A stretch of 62,549 bases of DNA, counting the filler, from an uncultured Myxococcia bacterium (GTDB lineage: Bacteria > CAZTWC01), in assembly GCA_964617105.1 (NCBI GenBank). It is 23 parts of 23 records of this genome, joined end to end, with 100 filler letters (N's around TTAATTAATTAA, not from the genome) between each part and the next. Parts side by side here need not be neighbours in the genome. Positions count along the whole stretch, not along the records: positions 52,118 to 54,663 come from CAZTWC010000424.1; positions 54,764 to 57,307 come from CAZTWC010000425.1; positions 57,408 to 59,944 come from CAZTWC010000426.1; positions 60,045 to 62,549 come from CAZTWC010000427.1; 19 more parts are not named here. One strand, given 5' to 3'. Both the position numbers and the translations under genes were made by a program. Below the pieces are notes generated by a model. The model was not told the DNA's origin and ran no database searches. It saw nothing but the letters and a program-made list of their open reading frames with translations. Below, one piece after another: positions 52,118 through 62,549 of this stretch (positions are counted from its first letter, which is position 1; each line of letters begins with the position of its first letter).

Positions 52118-52699
52118 TATCAACTTGAATAGACCCGGATTGAAAAGAGATAGTAAATAGGTGATATAATGTCCGTGATTTGCAACCACCATGGCCATCT
52201 TATAACGACGACCATAAGAAAAACGTGATACCTGGTAAGGTGTCAACCTGTGACGCAAAACCCTTCCGGTCACCGCCCCTCTAAAGGCGGACCAGGTAGA
52301 GACATCATAGAGAAAATAACCTACCCTGCCGGTGGTGCCGGAGGTAAGGGCAACCAGGTATTTTTCTTTAAAATATTGGCCGATATTTTTTTTGTCCCGG
52401 GTAAATTTAGCAATATCCTCAAATTCAATATCTTCCCGCCCTAGAAATTGCGAGAAATTCTCCATGATCATCTCTTTGTCCACAATGGGCAATTGCTCCA
52501 GGGAAAAGTCGGCGGGGGAAGATGATGAAAAATATTGGCGGTAAAAGGGGACATTAGAAGCAGCGTGCCGCACCAGGTTAGTCAATAAACGTTTCTGAAG
52601 ACGGGCAAAATCGTCAACCCGAAAATATCTATCCCGATAAAGGCAGCCCAGAGTATTTTTTATCATTATGGAAGGATGCATATCATAAAATATTACCAC
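52118..52699 (-). CDS. Phenylacetate-CoA ligase/CapK-like adenylate-forming enzyme, N-terminal part
   Basis: HAASNVPFYR, LPIVDK and TSGTTG. Confidence 0.8.
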
Positions 52700-52885
52700 T
52701 TAATTATTTTTGACACAAGCTCGACATAAATAGAGGTTTTCGACTATTGGCAAAGTATCTGGTAAGTTATTTTAATATATGGTAGTTTAGTCTTTATCCG
52801 GAATCCCACTTTTACCGAGGAAATTAATTACCGGATTGACACTTAAGACAATCCTTATCCCATTTTAATTATCAGAGATTTTATA

Positions 52886-54663
52886 ATGAATACCAACCAT
52901 GATATTTTTTTAATTGATGGTACTGCCTATATTTTCAGGGCATTTCACTCACTGCCTGCACTTTATACCAAAAACGGGTTTCCCACCGGCGCTATTTTGG
53001 GTTTTACCAAAATGTTGGTCAAATTTTTAAACCAGGCCACCCCTGGAGTGGTAATCGTGATTTTTGACACCGGAAAACCAACTTTCCGCCATAAACTATT
53101 TCCTGAATACAAGGCTCATCGGCCCGAAACGCCTCCGGAGTTGAAGCAACAAATTGAACCAATTATCAACCTGGTGAAGGCCTTTAACCTACCAGCCCTT
53201 TCGGTGGAGGGTTACGAGGCAGATGACGTAATCGGCACCCTGGCGGTCAAGTTACAAGAGAAAGCCCATAGCATCACCATTGTCAGCGGCGATAAAGATT
53301 TTATGCAATTATGCAGCCCGAAGGTAAAATTATGGGATAATTTCCGGGAAAAATTGACCGGGGTTGAGGAGGTAGAAAAACGGTTGGAGATAAAAGCCCA
53401 TCAAGTGGTGGATTATTTTGCCCTTTGCGGCGACAAATCCGACAACATCCCTGGCGTTAAAGGAATTGGAGCGGTGAACGCCGCCAAACTACTCAAAAAT
53501 TTTGGCAGCCTGGAAGAGATATATAAACATATTGATCAAGTTAACAAAAAAAATATTAAACAACACTTGCAAACCAACCAGAAGAACGCTTTCCTTTCCC
53601 GGCAACTTTTTACCATAAAGACCGATTTACCCGATCACCATCTCCCTCAATTGGAAGAGATATTAGTTGCCCAGGAATCTCCCCTGAACCGAATAAACCG
53701 GAAAGCAGTCAGAGAACTTTTATCACAATTCGACATGACCTCTTTGATGACCGATTTGGTCCCCCAACAAATACTGTCGAACGAAAATTATCAGACCGTA
53801 AAAACCTGGCCCGAATTTGAGCAATTGCTATCTCGTTTAGAGCAATCGGAGGAGATTGCCCTGGATCTGGAAACCACCGGTTTGGATCCTATGAGCGTGG
53901 AGATAGTGGGTATCTCCCTGTGCACAGAACCGGGAATTAGTTACTATATCCCTCTGGCGCATAATTATATCGATGTTGAACAGCAGTTGCCTAAGCAAAA
54001 AGTGCTCTCCGCTTTAACCCCTTTACTTCAAAATGAAAAAAAACGATATATAGGCCAAAACATTAAATACGATTATATAATTTTACACCGGCATGGTATA
54101 GAACTGCCGGCAATATACTGCGATACTCTGCTGGCCGCCTACCTTTTAGACCCGGGCGGCCGCAATCTTAATCTGGATATGCTCGCGGAACGATACCTGC
54201 ACCACAAAACCATAACCTTTAACTCCCTGGTTAAAGAGATGGGTTTGAAAAAAAATACTCCAGGGGTATTTGTCCGCGTTCCCATACCGAAAGCCACTCT
54301 TTATAGTTGCGAAGATTCCGATGTGACCTTTAGACTCTTCCAAATACTAACAAAAAAAATAGCGGAAAACGGATTTAACTCTCTTTTCCATGAGTTGGAA
54401 GTTCCGCTAATCAAAGTATTGGCCGATATGGAGATGAACGGGATCAAAGTTAACAGCGCCCACCTTCACCAACTCTCAGAGTCTCTCCGAGAAGATCTTA
54501 ACCAACTAGAGGTAATAATTCATCAGAAAGCAGGTGAATCATTCAATTTAAACTCTCCCAAACAGTTATCTCATATCTTGTTTGAAAAATTAAATTATCC
54601 GGCGACAAAAAAAACCAAGACCGGATATTCCACCAATCAAGAGGTATTGGAACAATTGGCCCG
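52886..54663 (+). CDS. polA: DNA polymerase I (3' partial)
   Basis: LIDG..YIFRAFH, YEADDVIGT, GDKSDNIPGVKGIG, DLETT and FNLNSPKQL. Confidence 0.96.
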
Positions 54664-54765
54664 NNNNNNNNNNNNNNNNNNNNNNNNNNNNNNNNNNNNN
54701 NNNNNNNTTAATTAATTAANNNNNNNNNNNNNNNNNNNNNNNNNNNNNNNNNNNNNNNNNNNNTA

Positions 54766-55125
54766 AAAGATATTAAAAACTTAAAAGAAGAGGACCTTTC
54801 ACTGATTCCGGTAAAAAAAACCGAGCGGATTGAGGAAAAGCAACAGAAGCCTCCCAACCGCAGACACAAACGAAGGGGGGGTGAAAAATATTATCGGGCC
54901 GATAACAGTAATCTCTCCCGTGCACTTAACAAACTTCGTAAATCTTCCAGCAACTTTAAAGTAAAACTTTCCTTTGTGTTTGACGAAGAGAGCCAGGAGG
55001 TGATGGTAAAAATACTGGATGGAGAAAGCGGCAAAGTGGTGCGTACCTTTTCTCCCGATGATGTGTTAGAGATGGTGGAAAATAATGAAGATTATCGAGG
55101 ATTGCTGTTCAACCGGAAAGCATAA
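54766..55125 (+). CDS. flaG: FlaG family flagellar protein (5' partial; not in the ORF track)
   Basis: LSFVFDEESQEVMVKILDGESGKVVRTFSPDDVLEM...GLLFNRKA*. Confidence 0.8.
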   Translation, partial: KDIKNLKEEDLSLIPVKKTERIEEKQQKPPNRRHKRRGGEKYYRADNSNLSRALNKLRKSSSNFKVKLSFVFDEESQEVMVKILDGESGKVVRTFSPDDVLEMVENNEDYRGLLFNRKA

Positions 55126-55138
55126 ATTTTAGACCAAG

Positions 55139-55166
55139 TAGTTGCCGTCCGATAATCAACTTCGTC
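55139..55166. repeat. Terminal remnant of the 13555-13737 MITE family
   Basis: TAGTTGCCGTCCGATAATCAACTTCGTC resembles the reverse complement of the MITE right end, TAGTTCCTGTCCGAATATTCACTTCGTC. Confidence 0.6.
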
Positions 55167-55981
55167 TAAATTGACTGGCACTTACTGCTTTCACAGACCA
55201 TACCAGAACTGCATTCAACATCTTTTCGGCATTCTGTAGTCTTTTCACATTTGCCGGCCTGGCAAACTCCACCCTGTTTAAAGCAATCCGCATCGTTCCG
55301 GCATCTCAACTCCGGCGGCTGACACATACCGCCAAGACAAATATTGCCATCCTGACAGTCATCATCCTTTTGACAGCCATCGGGATTGTAACAAAGCCCG
55401 TTAAGGCACTCAAACTTGACTCCACTGCCGCAATCGGTAGCCGCCTGGCATTGCATACCCGGGTAGCAAAAATTGCCGGCGCAGAGATAGTATTGAGGGC
55501 AATCATTGTCTTGCGCACACCTTTCCGGATAGCACTGCCCTAATTCGCAAATCTTTTTTTCACCACAATCGGTATCTTTGGCGCAAGGTAGGGTCTGGGT
55601 GCATTTTCCTTGTTCACAAAAATAGTCACCGCACTGTGAGTCAAATTTGCACACCACTGTATCTATTTTGCGACACTGGTTGTTGTTACAAAGATAGCCT
55701 TCCAGACAATCGCTGTCCTGCTGGCAGTTATTGTCCACCTGGTAAATGACGCACTTTTGGTTGTAGCAAATCTCCTCGGTTTTGCAGTCACTGTTCTTCA
55801 GGCAGGAAAATTGCTCTATAACACAATAACCTGTTCGGCATTTGTGATGTTTAGAAGGACAATCGGAATCGCTGAGACAAAATTGTTCTACACTGCGACC
55901 GCAGGCGAAAAACAGAAGAAAAGAAACAACCAGAACCAGCCATTTTGAGCCCCAAAATAACCGGACGCACTTTGAATTCAA
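55166..55981 (-). CDS. Cys-rich repeat lipoprotein (about ten CxxDxDC-xxxxxC-xxxxC units); start uncertain
   Basis: Lipobox FFAC followed by tandem four-Cys repeats. Confidence 0.85.
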   Translation of the reverse strand: MNSKCVRLFWGSKWLVLVVSFLLFFACGRSVEQFCLSDSDCPSKHHKCRTGYCVIEQFSCLKNSDCKTEEICYNQKCVIYQVDNNCQQDSDCLEGYLCNNNQCRKIDTVVCKFDSQCGDYFCEQGKCTQTLPCAKDTDCGEKKICELGQCYPERCAQDNDCPQYYLCAGNFCYPGMQCQAATDCGSGVKFECLNGLCYNPDGCQKDDDCQDGNICLGGMCQPPELRCRNDADCFKQGGVCQAGKCEKTTECRKDVECSSGMVCESSKCQSI

Positions 55982-55985
55982 AGCG

Positions 55986-57122
55986 TTAACTCCCAACTGC
56001 TTCCTGCCTTCCGATGGCCTGTTCGAAAAGATAGTAGGAAGGGATACGGGCAAATAGAGATTTAACCACTTCCATCTGTTCCCTTGTGCCTATAGTTATC
56101 CGCAAATAACCTTCCAGTTGTTTCATATAACTTCTATCCCTGACAAATATACTGTGAGCCTCCAAATAACTTAGCACCTGTTTTGGATTTGCTACCCTCA
56201 CCAACAAATAATTGGCCGGAGTTTTCATAATGTGCAGACCCATATCCACCAAATAGGCAGCCAGATCCTCCTGAGATTTTTTAATCTCCTCCACATAATT
56301 GTTGGTATATTCCAGGTCTTCCAAAGCCGCCAAAGCCGCTACCTGGGCCAGGGCGTTTACATTTTTTCCCACCCTGATTCGATTAATATATTCCAGGTTT
56401 ACTGGATCTGTGAGGATATAGGCGCAACGCAACCCTGCCAATCCAAAGGCTTTTGAAAAGGAGCGCACCACCACAATATTGTTATATTTTTTAACCAGAG
56501 AGGCCATAGTTATGCCGCAAAATTCGAAATAAGCCTCGTCCACCACCGTCATCACCCTGGGATAGCGTTCCAAAATTGCCCGAATTTGAGCCTCAGTATA
56601 TAGAATACCGGTAGGGTTATTGGGGCTGACCAGATAGATCATACTGGTTCGGCTGTTAACTTTTTCGTATATTTTCTTAGGCTTGGCGATAAAAGGTGAG
56701 GAGTAATAGGTATTGGCGATTTTGGCTCCGGTACTTTCAGCATAGACCCTGAAATTATCATAAGTTGGGCAGCAGACAATAACTTCGCTGTCACCATCTA
56801 AATAAACCCGGGCCAAATATTCCAGGGCGCTGTCAGAACCGTTGAAGGTGGTTATATAGGCGCTGCCCAATCCGGTATATTCGCTCAAAGCGTCCCGCAA
56901 CTCTTGAGAGTTGACATCAGGATACCAGTTGAGTGGCTGTTTCCACACAAACTCAGTTATCGCTCTAATCACCGCCGGCGATGGAGGAATGGTAGATTCA
57001 TTCCAATCAAGTTTAAGCACGCTCTGCTTCTCCTTGATAAATATCGGCTTCTGAGTGGTGATTTTGTAAGGTTTTAATCTTTCGACAGCCTCCACCGGTG
57101 GCACATGATCATTGTAAATCAT
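55986..57122 (-). CDS. hisC: Histidinol-phosphate aminotransferase family
   Basis: KLDWNE, YPD, NGSD, PNNPTG, VDEAYFEF, RSFSKAFGLAGLR and RITIG. Confidence 0.88.
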   Translation of the reverse strand: MIYNDHVPPVEAVERLKPYKITTQKPIFIKEKQSVLKLDWNESTIPPSPAVIRAITEFVWKQPLNWYPDVNSQELRDALSEYTGLGSAYITTFNGSDSALEYLARVYLDGDSEVIVCCPTYDNFRVYAESTGAKIANTYYSSPFIAKPKKIYEKVNSRTSMIYLVSPNNPTGILYTEAQIRAILERYPRVMTVVDEAYFEFCGITMASLVKKYNNIVVVRSFSKAFGLAGLRCAYILTDPVNLEYINRIRVGKNVNALAQVAALAALEDLEYTNNYVEEIKKSQEDLAAYLVDMGLHIMKTPANYLLVRVANPKQVLSYLEAHSIFVRDRSYMKQLEGYLRITIGTREQMEVVKSLFARIPSYYLFEQAIGRQEAVGS

Positions 57123-57407
57123 CTACGTTTTCTCCACTGTTTATTGTCGGACCACCGCCTCTTCTTGGCCTTTCCACTTTTGGATCAAGGCAGATAACTC
57201 TGCCCGCTCTTTTTTAGATTGACCCAGGTTAAAGGCTGATAAAAGAGACCATAGAATTAAGTATATGCAAAAAACATCCCAAAAATATCCTGCCAAAGCA
57301 GAAATAANNNNNNNNNNNNNNNNNNNNNNNNNNNNNNNNNNNNNNNNNNNNTTAATTAATTAANNNNNNNNNNNNNNNNNNNNNNNNNNNNNNNNNNNNN
57401 NNNNNNN

Positions 57408-57702
57408 CCATCAGGTCCCGGCCCCGGTCAGCCAGCATTATTTCCGATAGGGAAGGATTGCCATCGCCATAAACACCGCCCAAAGAAGAGGCTACATGTC
57501 CCTGGCCATCCAGATCAATCACCAATACTTTTTGGTTATGAAACCTGGCCAGGCAATAGGAAAGATTAACTGCAGAAGTAGTTTTGCCCACCCCTCCCTT
57601 TTGAGCGCACACCGAGATTATCTGTGCATTTCTGTCTCCCAAAGTGTAGTTGGTCGAATTGGTAACCAGGTTCTTTAAACGTTGAGCAATACCTAGTTTC
57701 AT
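57408..57702 (-). CDS. ParA/Soj family ATPase, N-terminal part
   Basis: QKGGVGKTT and [10 protein letters not shown]. Confidence 0.9.
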
Positions 57703-57850
57703 TTGTATCCCCTCCCCAGATGATTAAATGGCTGTTCGATATTTTAATAATAATCCAAGATGGCGATCTGTCAACTTTTCAGATCTCCCTCAATCAAACG
57801 TCAAATCCGCCGCCGGTCATCCGGGAGGCAATATAACCAGGAACTATATA

Positions 57851-59791
57851 CTAAGTCAGAATAATCGGGGATTTTTCTTCGCCCAGTGATTCTTGCATTA
57901 GATAATTGACCCGTTCCACCATTTGACGGGGATTCTGCAACATCCCCTCCAGGACTAAAAGGTTATCGAAAAGTTGCAAACAGGCATTGCGTACATATTC
58001 CTCTTTTTCTCCAGCATAATGAAGATCTGCCAATTTGCTTATCAATTTATTATCACTATTGATCTCCAAGACCCGCTTACTAAGCGGAAAATCTTTGTTT
58101 ACCTGGCGCATTAGTTTTTGAACGTGGCTGGAAACTGCATCATCTGGAGATACCAGTATACATGGACTGCCGGTCAGACGTTGCGATTCCCGGACATCAC
58201 TTACCTGGTCTTTTAACAACTCCTTAAAAAGTTCTAGTATCTTATCGATCTTGGACTGTTGCAATACCGGTTTTTCCTGTTTATCAGTTTTTTCTTCAAC
58301 TCCCAGGGCTTTTAAATTCAAATCTCCCAGCTCGACAGATTTGAACTGCTTTCCCTCAAATTCTTTCAAATGAGTGATCAAAACCTCATCCATAGGATCG
58401 TATAGAAAAAGAACCTCCACCCCTTTCTCTTTGAATATCTCCATCAGAGGACTGGCTAAAGCCTCCTCCCGGTTAGGTCCGCCCATGTAATAAATTTCAT
58501 CTTGTCCCTCTTTCATCCTTTCCAGATATTTGGCCAAAGAAATGGTCTCATCCTGGTCCTTGGCCAGAGAGGTGTTGAAGCGTAAAAGAGCAGCCAGTTT
58601 ATTCCGGTTGTCAAAATCAGCCACAATCCCCTCTTTGATAAAACGGCCGAATTGTTGCCAAAACAAATGGTAATTCTCCTCTTCTTTTGCTGCCACCAGG
58701 GAGATTCTGTCTATAATCCATTTGACCAGATTGCGTTTTATTTTTTGCAGCACCAGGTTGTCCTGGACAGTTTCCCGGCTGATGTTGAGAGAGATATCTT
58801 CAGAATCCACCACTCCGTTGACAAACCGCAGATATTCGGGGAGTAAATCTTTACACTCCGACATAATCATCACTTTTCTGGCATAAAGAGAAAGACCCCG
58901 GTTGACTTTACCAAAGCCAAAATTCTCCATACTGGTTTTAGGTACATATAGGATGGAGTAAATTTGTAAAGGGACATCAGCGGCCTTGTGTACCCAGAAA
59001 AAAGGATCTTCTACACTGTTGGCCATAAACTTGTAAAACTCTCTATACTCCTCCTCCTTTACCGAAGAAGGGGTCTGGGTCCAGATGGCCGAAATTGTAT
59101 TGACTTTTTCCTCCTCCAATTTAATTGGATAAGGTACAAAATTGGAGTATTTTTTTATAACTTCTTCGATGCGGGTCTTGTCGGCGAACTCCACAGCATC
59201 ATCTTTAAGCATCAGTTTAATTTCAGTTCCCTGCTTAAAATTTTCCAGGGGAGATATTTTAAATTTACCGCTGCCATCTGAAATCCACATCCAGCCAGGC
59301 TGGTCATTCTGATAGGAATTAGTTTTAATTATTACCTCTTTGGCAACCATAAAGACCGAATAGAAACCCACTCCGAATTGGCCGATGATATTGATATCCT
59401 GGCGTGAGTCTTCGGCTAATTTTTTAAAAAATTCCATGGAACCTGACCTGGCAATGGTTCCAATATTATCGACCAACTCTTTTTTGGTCATTCCTATGCC
59501 GTTATCAGCCACAATGATACTTTTATTGTCTTTGTCATAGGAGATTTTAATGGCCAACTCTCCATCCTGCTGGCTTACCTGGTTTTCCCCCAATTGCAGG
59601 AATCTAAATTTATCCAGGGCATCAGTAGCATTGGAGATCAACTCGCGCAAAAATATTTCCCGCTGGGTGTATAGAGAATAAACCAGAATATTCAATAACT
59701 GCTTAATCTCTGCTTGAAACTCAAACTCTTCGCTATTTTCCATATTATAGTTATCTTGTTGCTCATTAGTAATAGTGTTTTCTTCCATCAT
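57851..59791 (-). CDS. htpG: Hsp90 chaperone
   Basis: FQAEIKQLL, FLRELISNATDA, DNGIGM, IGQFGVGFYS and LNISRE. Confidence 0.96.
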   Translation of the reverse strand: MMEENTITNEQQDNYNMENSEEFEFQAEIKQLLNILVYSLYTQREIFLRELISNATDALDKFRFLQLGENQVSQQDGELAIKISYDKDNKSIIVADNGIGMTKKELVDNIGTIARSGSMEFFKKLAEDSRQDINIIGQFGVGFYSVFMVAKEVIIKTNSYQNDQPGWMWISDGSGKFKISPLENFKQGTEIKLMLKDDAVEFADKTRIEEVIKKYSNFVPYPIKLEEEKVNTISAIWTQTPSSVKEEEYREFYKFMANSVEDPFFWVHKAADVPLQIYSILYVPKTSMENFGFGKVNRGLSLYARKVMIMSECKDLLPEYLRFVNGVVDSEDISLNISRETVQDNLVLQKIKRNLVKWIIDRISLVAAKEEENYHLFWQQFGRFIKEGIVADFDNRNKLAALLRFNTSLAKDQDETISLAKYLERMKEGQDEIYYMGGPNREEALASPLMEIFKEKGVEVLFLYDPMDEVLITHLKEFEGKQFKSVELGDLNLKALGVEEKTDKQEKPVLQQSKIDKILELFKELLKDQVSDVRESQRLTGSPCILVSPDDAVSSHVQKLMRQVNKDFPLSKRVLEINSDNKLISKLADLHYAGEKEEYVRNACLQLFDNLLVLEGMLQNPRQMVERVNYLMQESLGEEKSPIILT

Positions 59792-60044
59792 TAACCTCCT
59801 TTGGTCAGTTTATCTGGCTATATTTAATAATAGCAGTTGAATATCAAATAAATTATTGATAGAAACTAATAATTCAAGTTCAAAAAGTCAATAGCAATCC
59901 TTGAGGAATAACTTGAAAAAATTAAATAAAAATATATTTCTGATNNNNNNNNNNNNNNNNNNNNNNNNNNNNNNNNNNNNNNNNNNNNTTAATTAATTAA
60001 NNNNNNNNNNNNNNNNNNNNNNNNNNNNNNNNNNNNNNNNNNNN

Positions 60045-62549
60045 GTTGGTTACCTCTATCTGGTATTTGGCCAGGTCACCAGGATCGGTTAGATGGTTTT
60101 GGTTTAAATCTTCTATTGTCACCGTTTTGAAGGTGCTGCTGAAATCGGGGCCAGACAGCACTTTTAAGGTCACCTGGTTGGTGGTTATCTCTTTGGTCAT
60201 CTGGTCAAAAGTTATCCGGGCCTGGTTATGCAAGCGGGTGCCGTTTTCCAAGGGGCTCTTTACCTTTACCTGGAATTTTATTTCCACCTGAGCGCCGGGC
60301 GCCAGGGGTGAAAGTTTTTGGCCGATGCCGCCTCCGGAATTGGTGTCCCAAATCAACTGTTGGCCGCTGCCCGTCTGAACCAAACGTCCCTGGCCGGCGT
60401 CCACAACCTGGAAGGCCTCAGCCAGCGGGTCGATTATCTGGACTCCAGTGGCGGCCCGGTTGCCCTGGTTTTCCACCAGCAGGGTAAAGGTGAGCAGGTC
60501 TCCGGGAACGGTCAATCCCCCTTGATCCCCGCTTACCGATTTGCTGGAGGAGGCCAAAATCGGCCTGGCGGTCACCTTTAGCACCGGCGATTCGATTTCG
60601 TGGTTCAGGGTAGGGTTATTTTCGGCCAGGAGTTGGGCCCGGTTGACTATCTGGCTGCCATCGGTAAGGGTGGCTGCCAGGCGTACTGGAATAACGATAG
60701 CAACTTCCTGATTACCGTCCAAATAGAATTGTTCCACCTGGATCAACCCGGCGCCATGCCTTCCGGCGGGAGGACCCTTAAAGGTGACTTTGCCCGGTGC
60801 CTTGATTTTTGCCGGGTCAGGCACCTCTAGCCCCTGAGGGAGATGATCCTCCAATCGTATATTTTCTCCCCGGCTACCGGCATTGCGCACCACAATCCGG
60901 TATTCTATCCGGTCACCCGGTTCGTGCAGGCTGGAGTTTCCATCCAGGTCAGTAAATATTTTGTGAGAAGAGGAAAAATCGGCTAAATATCCCAGGGCTA
61001 TGGTGGTGGCGTCATCAGCGGCAGCAGTGGCCGGGTCATCAGTGACCAGGGCAACCGGCAGGGCGGGTGAAGAGATTTGACCCTGGTTGGGGATCTCCAA
61101 ACCATCTATATCTTCGCTATTGATGCCGGCGGCAACTAACTCCGAGACACTGTAAATCTGGGCCTGGAAGGTGAGCACCAGTTGTCCTTTGGCAGGAATG
61201 TTCAAATTTTCCAGCGCCACCTGGCCGCTACTATTTATTCCTCCAGAGACCTGAGATCTGTCCAGATAATTTCCTGGTGGGACTCGAAGATTTTTTACAT
61301 ATTTTGGTAGATCATCGGTAAAGGTCAGGTTGTTCACCCCAACCGAGCTCTGGTTTTTCAAGGTTATTTGGTAAGTTATCTGGTCACCGGGCGCCCAGGG
61401 AGGACCGTTGTCATCCAGGGCGATTTTTTGAGGCGCTGACAAAACCGGCACTGCCACAACGGTTTCCACAAGATTTGTAGAAGTTGGTCCCAATTCGTTG
61501 CACTCAATCAATGCCTGATTGATAATTTTACCGCCCACCGTAGCCCCTTTTGCTATCTTTACATCAAAAGTGATAATGCGCTGATTTTTATCCTGAAAAT
61601 CAAGGTCGCCTACCACCAACCCTCCTGGAGTTGCCAAAGGGCTTTGGCCGCTTATATCGGCTATGGGTTTTCCATCCAGCCGGGTGCTGTTGGTCAGATA
61701 GGCGGCGCCTTTGGGGATAGAATCTTTGATGCGCACCTGGGTGGCGGGGGCAGAGCCCTGGTTGTTGATCAGGATGGTATAACGCAGAGTATCGCCAATG
61801 CCGGCTGTTTGTTGGTCAACGATTTTTTGGGTGCCGTTGCGCTTAAAATTGGGCGCTAATGTATCCAGGGCCAGCACCATGTAGCCCAAAAACATCAACT
61901 CTCCGTTGCCATCAGGCACTATACCGTCACCTGAACCAGCCAGAACCACAGCACTGGTTTGCCCCTTTTTCAACAAGTTCAAACCTTGATTGCCAATCCG
62001 GAAGGTGTCGATATCCACTCCATTGGCCACGGTGCTGTTCCACACGTTGTTAGGCGGATTCTTAGCATCGTAGAGTTTAAAACCGTCAAAAGAGATATAG
62101 TCATAGCAGGTTTGGCAATAGAGCATGTGCTTTGGATCGTAGGTGTCCTGGGGCGGTGTGCCTAACAGCCGATCCCCCTCCAACCCAAAAAAAGTAAACT
62201 CTCCCCGGGGATTTTCAGCAGCGGCAAAGCCATCGATTATAAAGGGGGGCGGCACTCCTGAAGATTTATCGTCTTCATCCATGTACAAAAAGCCGTCATA
62301 GATGATGATATCGCGCCTCAAAGTGGAGGTCGGGGACTCCCAAACCAGCACCAGAGACCAGGCCGCATATTTAGCCTCGCAGCTCTCCGGGTTAAGGGAG
62401 CAATTACCCTCCAGAGCCAGCACATCGCCAACAGTATAGCGCCCATTCAGTCCTCCTGGGCCCAGTTTAGATACCAGGTTGGTTACATCGCGCCGGCAAT
62501 AGTAAAAGTTGCCCAGATTAACACCGATATTATCGTTAGTATAGCAGTG
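60045..62549 (-). CDS. Large surface protein with tandem DUF11/isopeptide-pilin-like Ig repeats (open at both ends)
   Basis: Repeated K....PGD.(L/I).Y.I...N.G......D.LP and N.A.I motifs; N-terminal AAWSLVLVWE...DG domain. Confidence 0.85.

Noticed and set aside
57805-57850. Further MITE end (…CCAGGAACTA) after htpG
   Set aside because: Only about 9 nt match the terminal repeat, which is too short to support.

Overview
This window is not one locus. It is 23 short contigs (about 2.5-2.7 kb each, in decreasing length order) joined by 22 artificial 100-nt linkers (N44-TTAATTAATTAA-N44), as in the small-contig tail of a draft or metagenome-assembled genome. Gene neighbourhood is therefore meaningful only within a contig. 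The content is AT-rich deltaproteobacterial/Myxococcota-like: Cys-rich repeat lipoproteins, an AgmX/GltJ-like zinc-ribbon protein, microcompartment vertex genes with a class II aldolase, PilZ/GAF/HDOD signalling proteins, flagellar glycosylation genes and housekeeping genes (atpGDC, polA, uvrD/pcrA, htpG, hisC, moeA, trkH). The most notable items are as follows. (1) A probable prophage-like element on contigs 1-2: a terminase large subunit missed by the ORF track, a stand-alone integrase core-binding protein, a tyrosine recombinase, a shared promoter-like motif, two gamma-glutamylcyclotransferases and a Dam-type methyltransferase. (2) A His/Cys-rich leader ORF ending in RPP, with a consensus sigma70 promoter and a perfect anti-Shine-Dalgarno against the next gene, which suggests metal-sensing translational attenuation. 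(3) A TPR-AEP-PriL-like CRISPR-associated primase-polymerase-type gene with no cas genes or array visible. (4) A family of covarying palindromic MITE/REP-like elements. (5) A tRNA-Leu(UAA) att site with integrase arm repeats. (6) An RHS toxin that appears cut just before its nuclease active site. Family assignments come from motif recognition by eye; no database searches were run.
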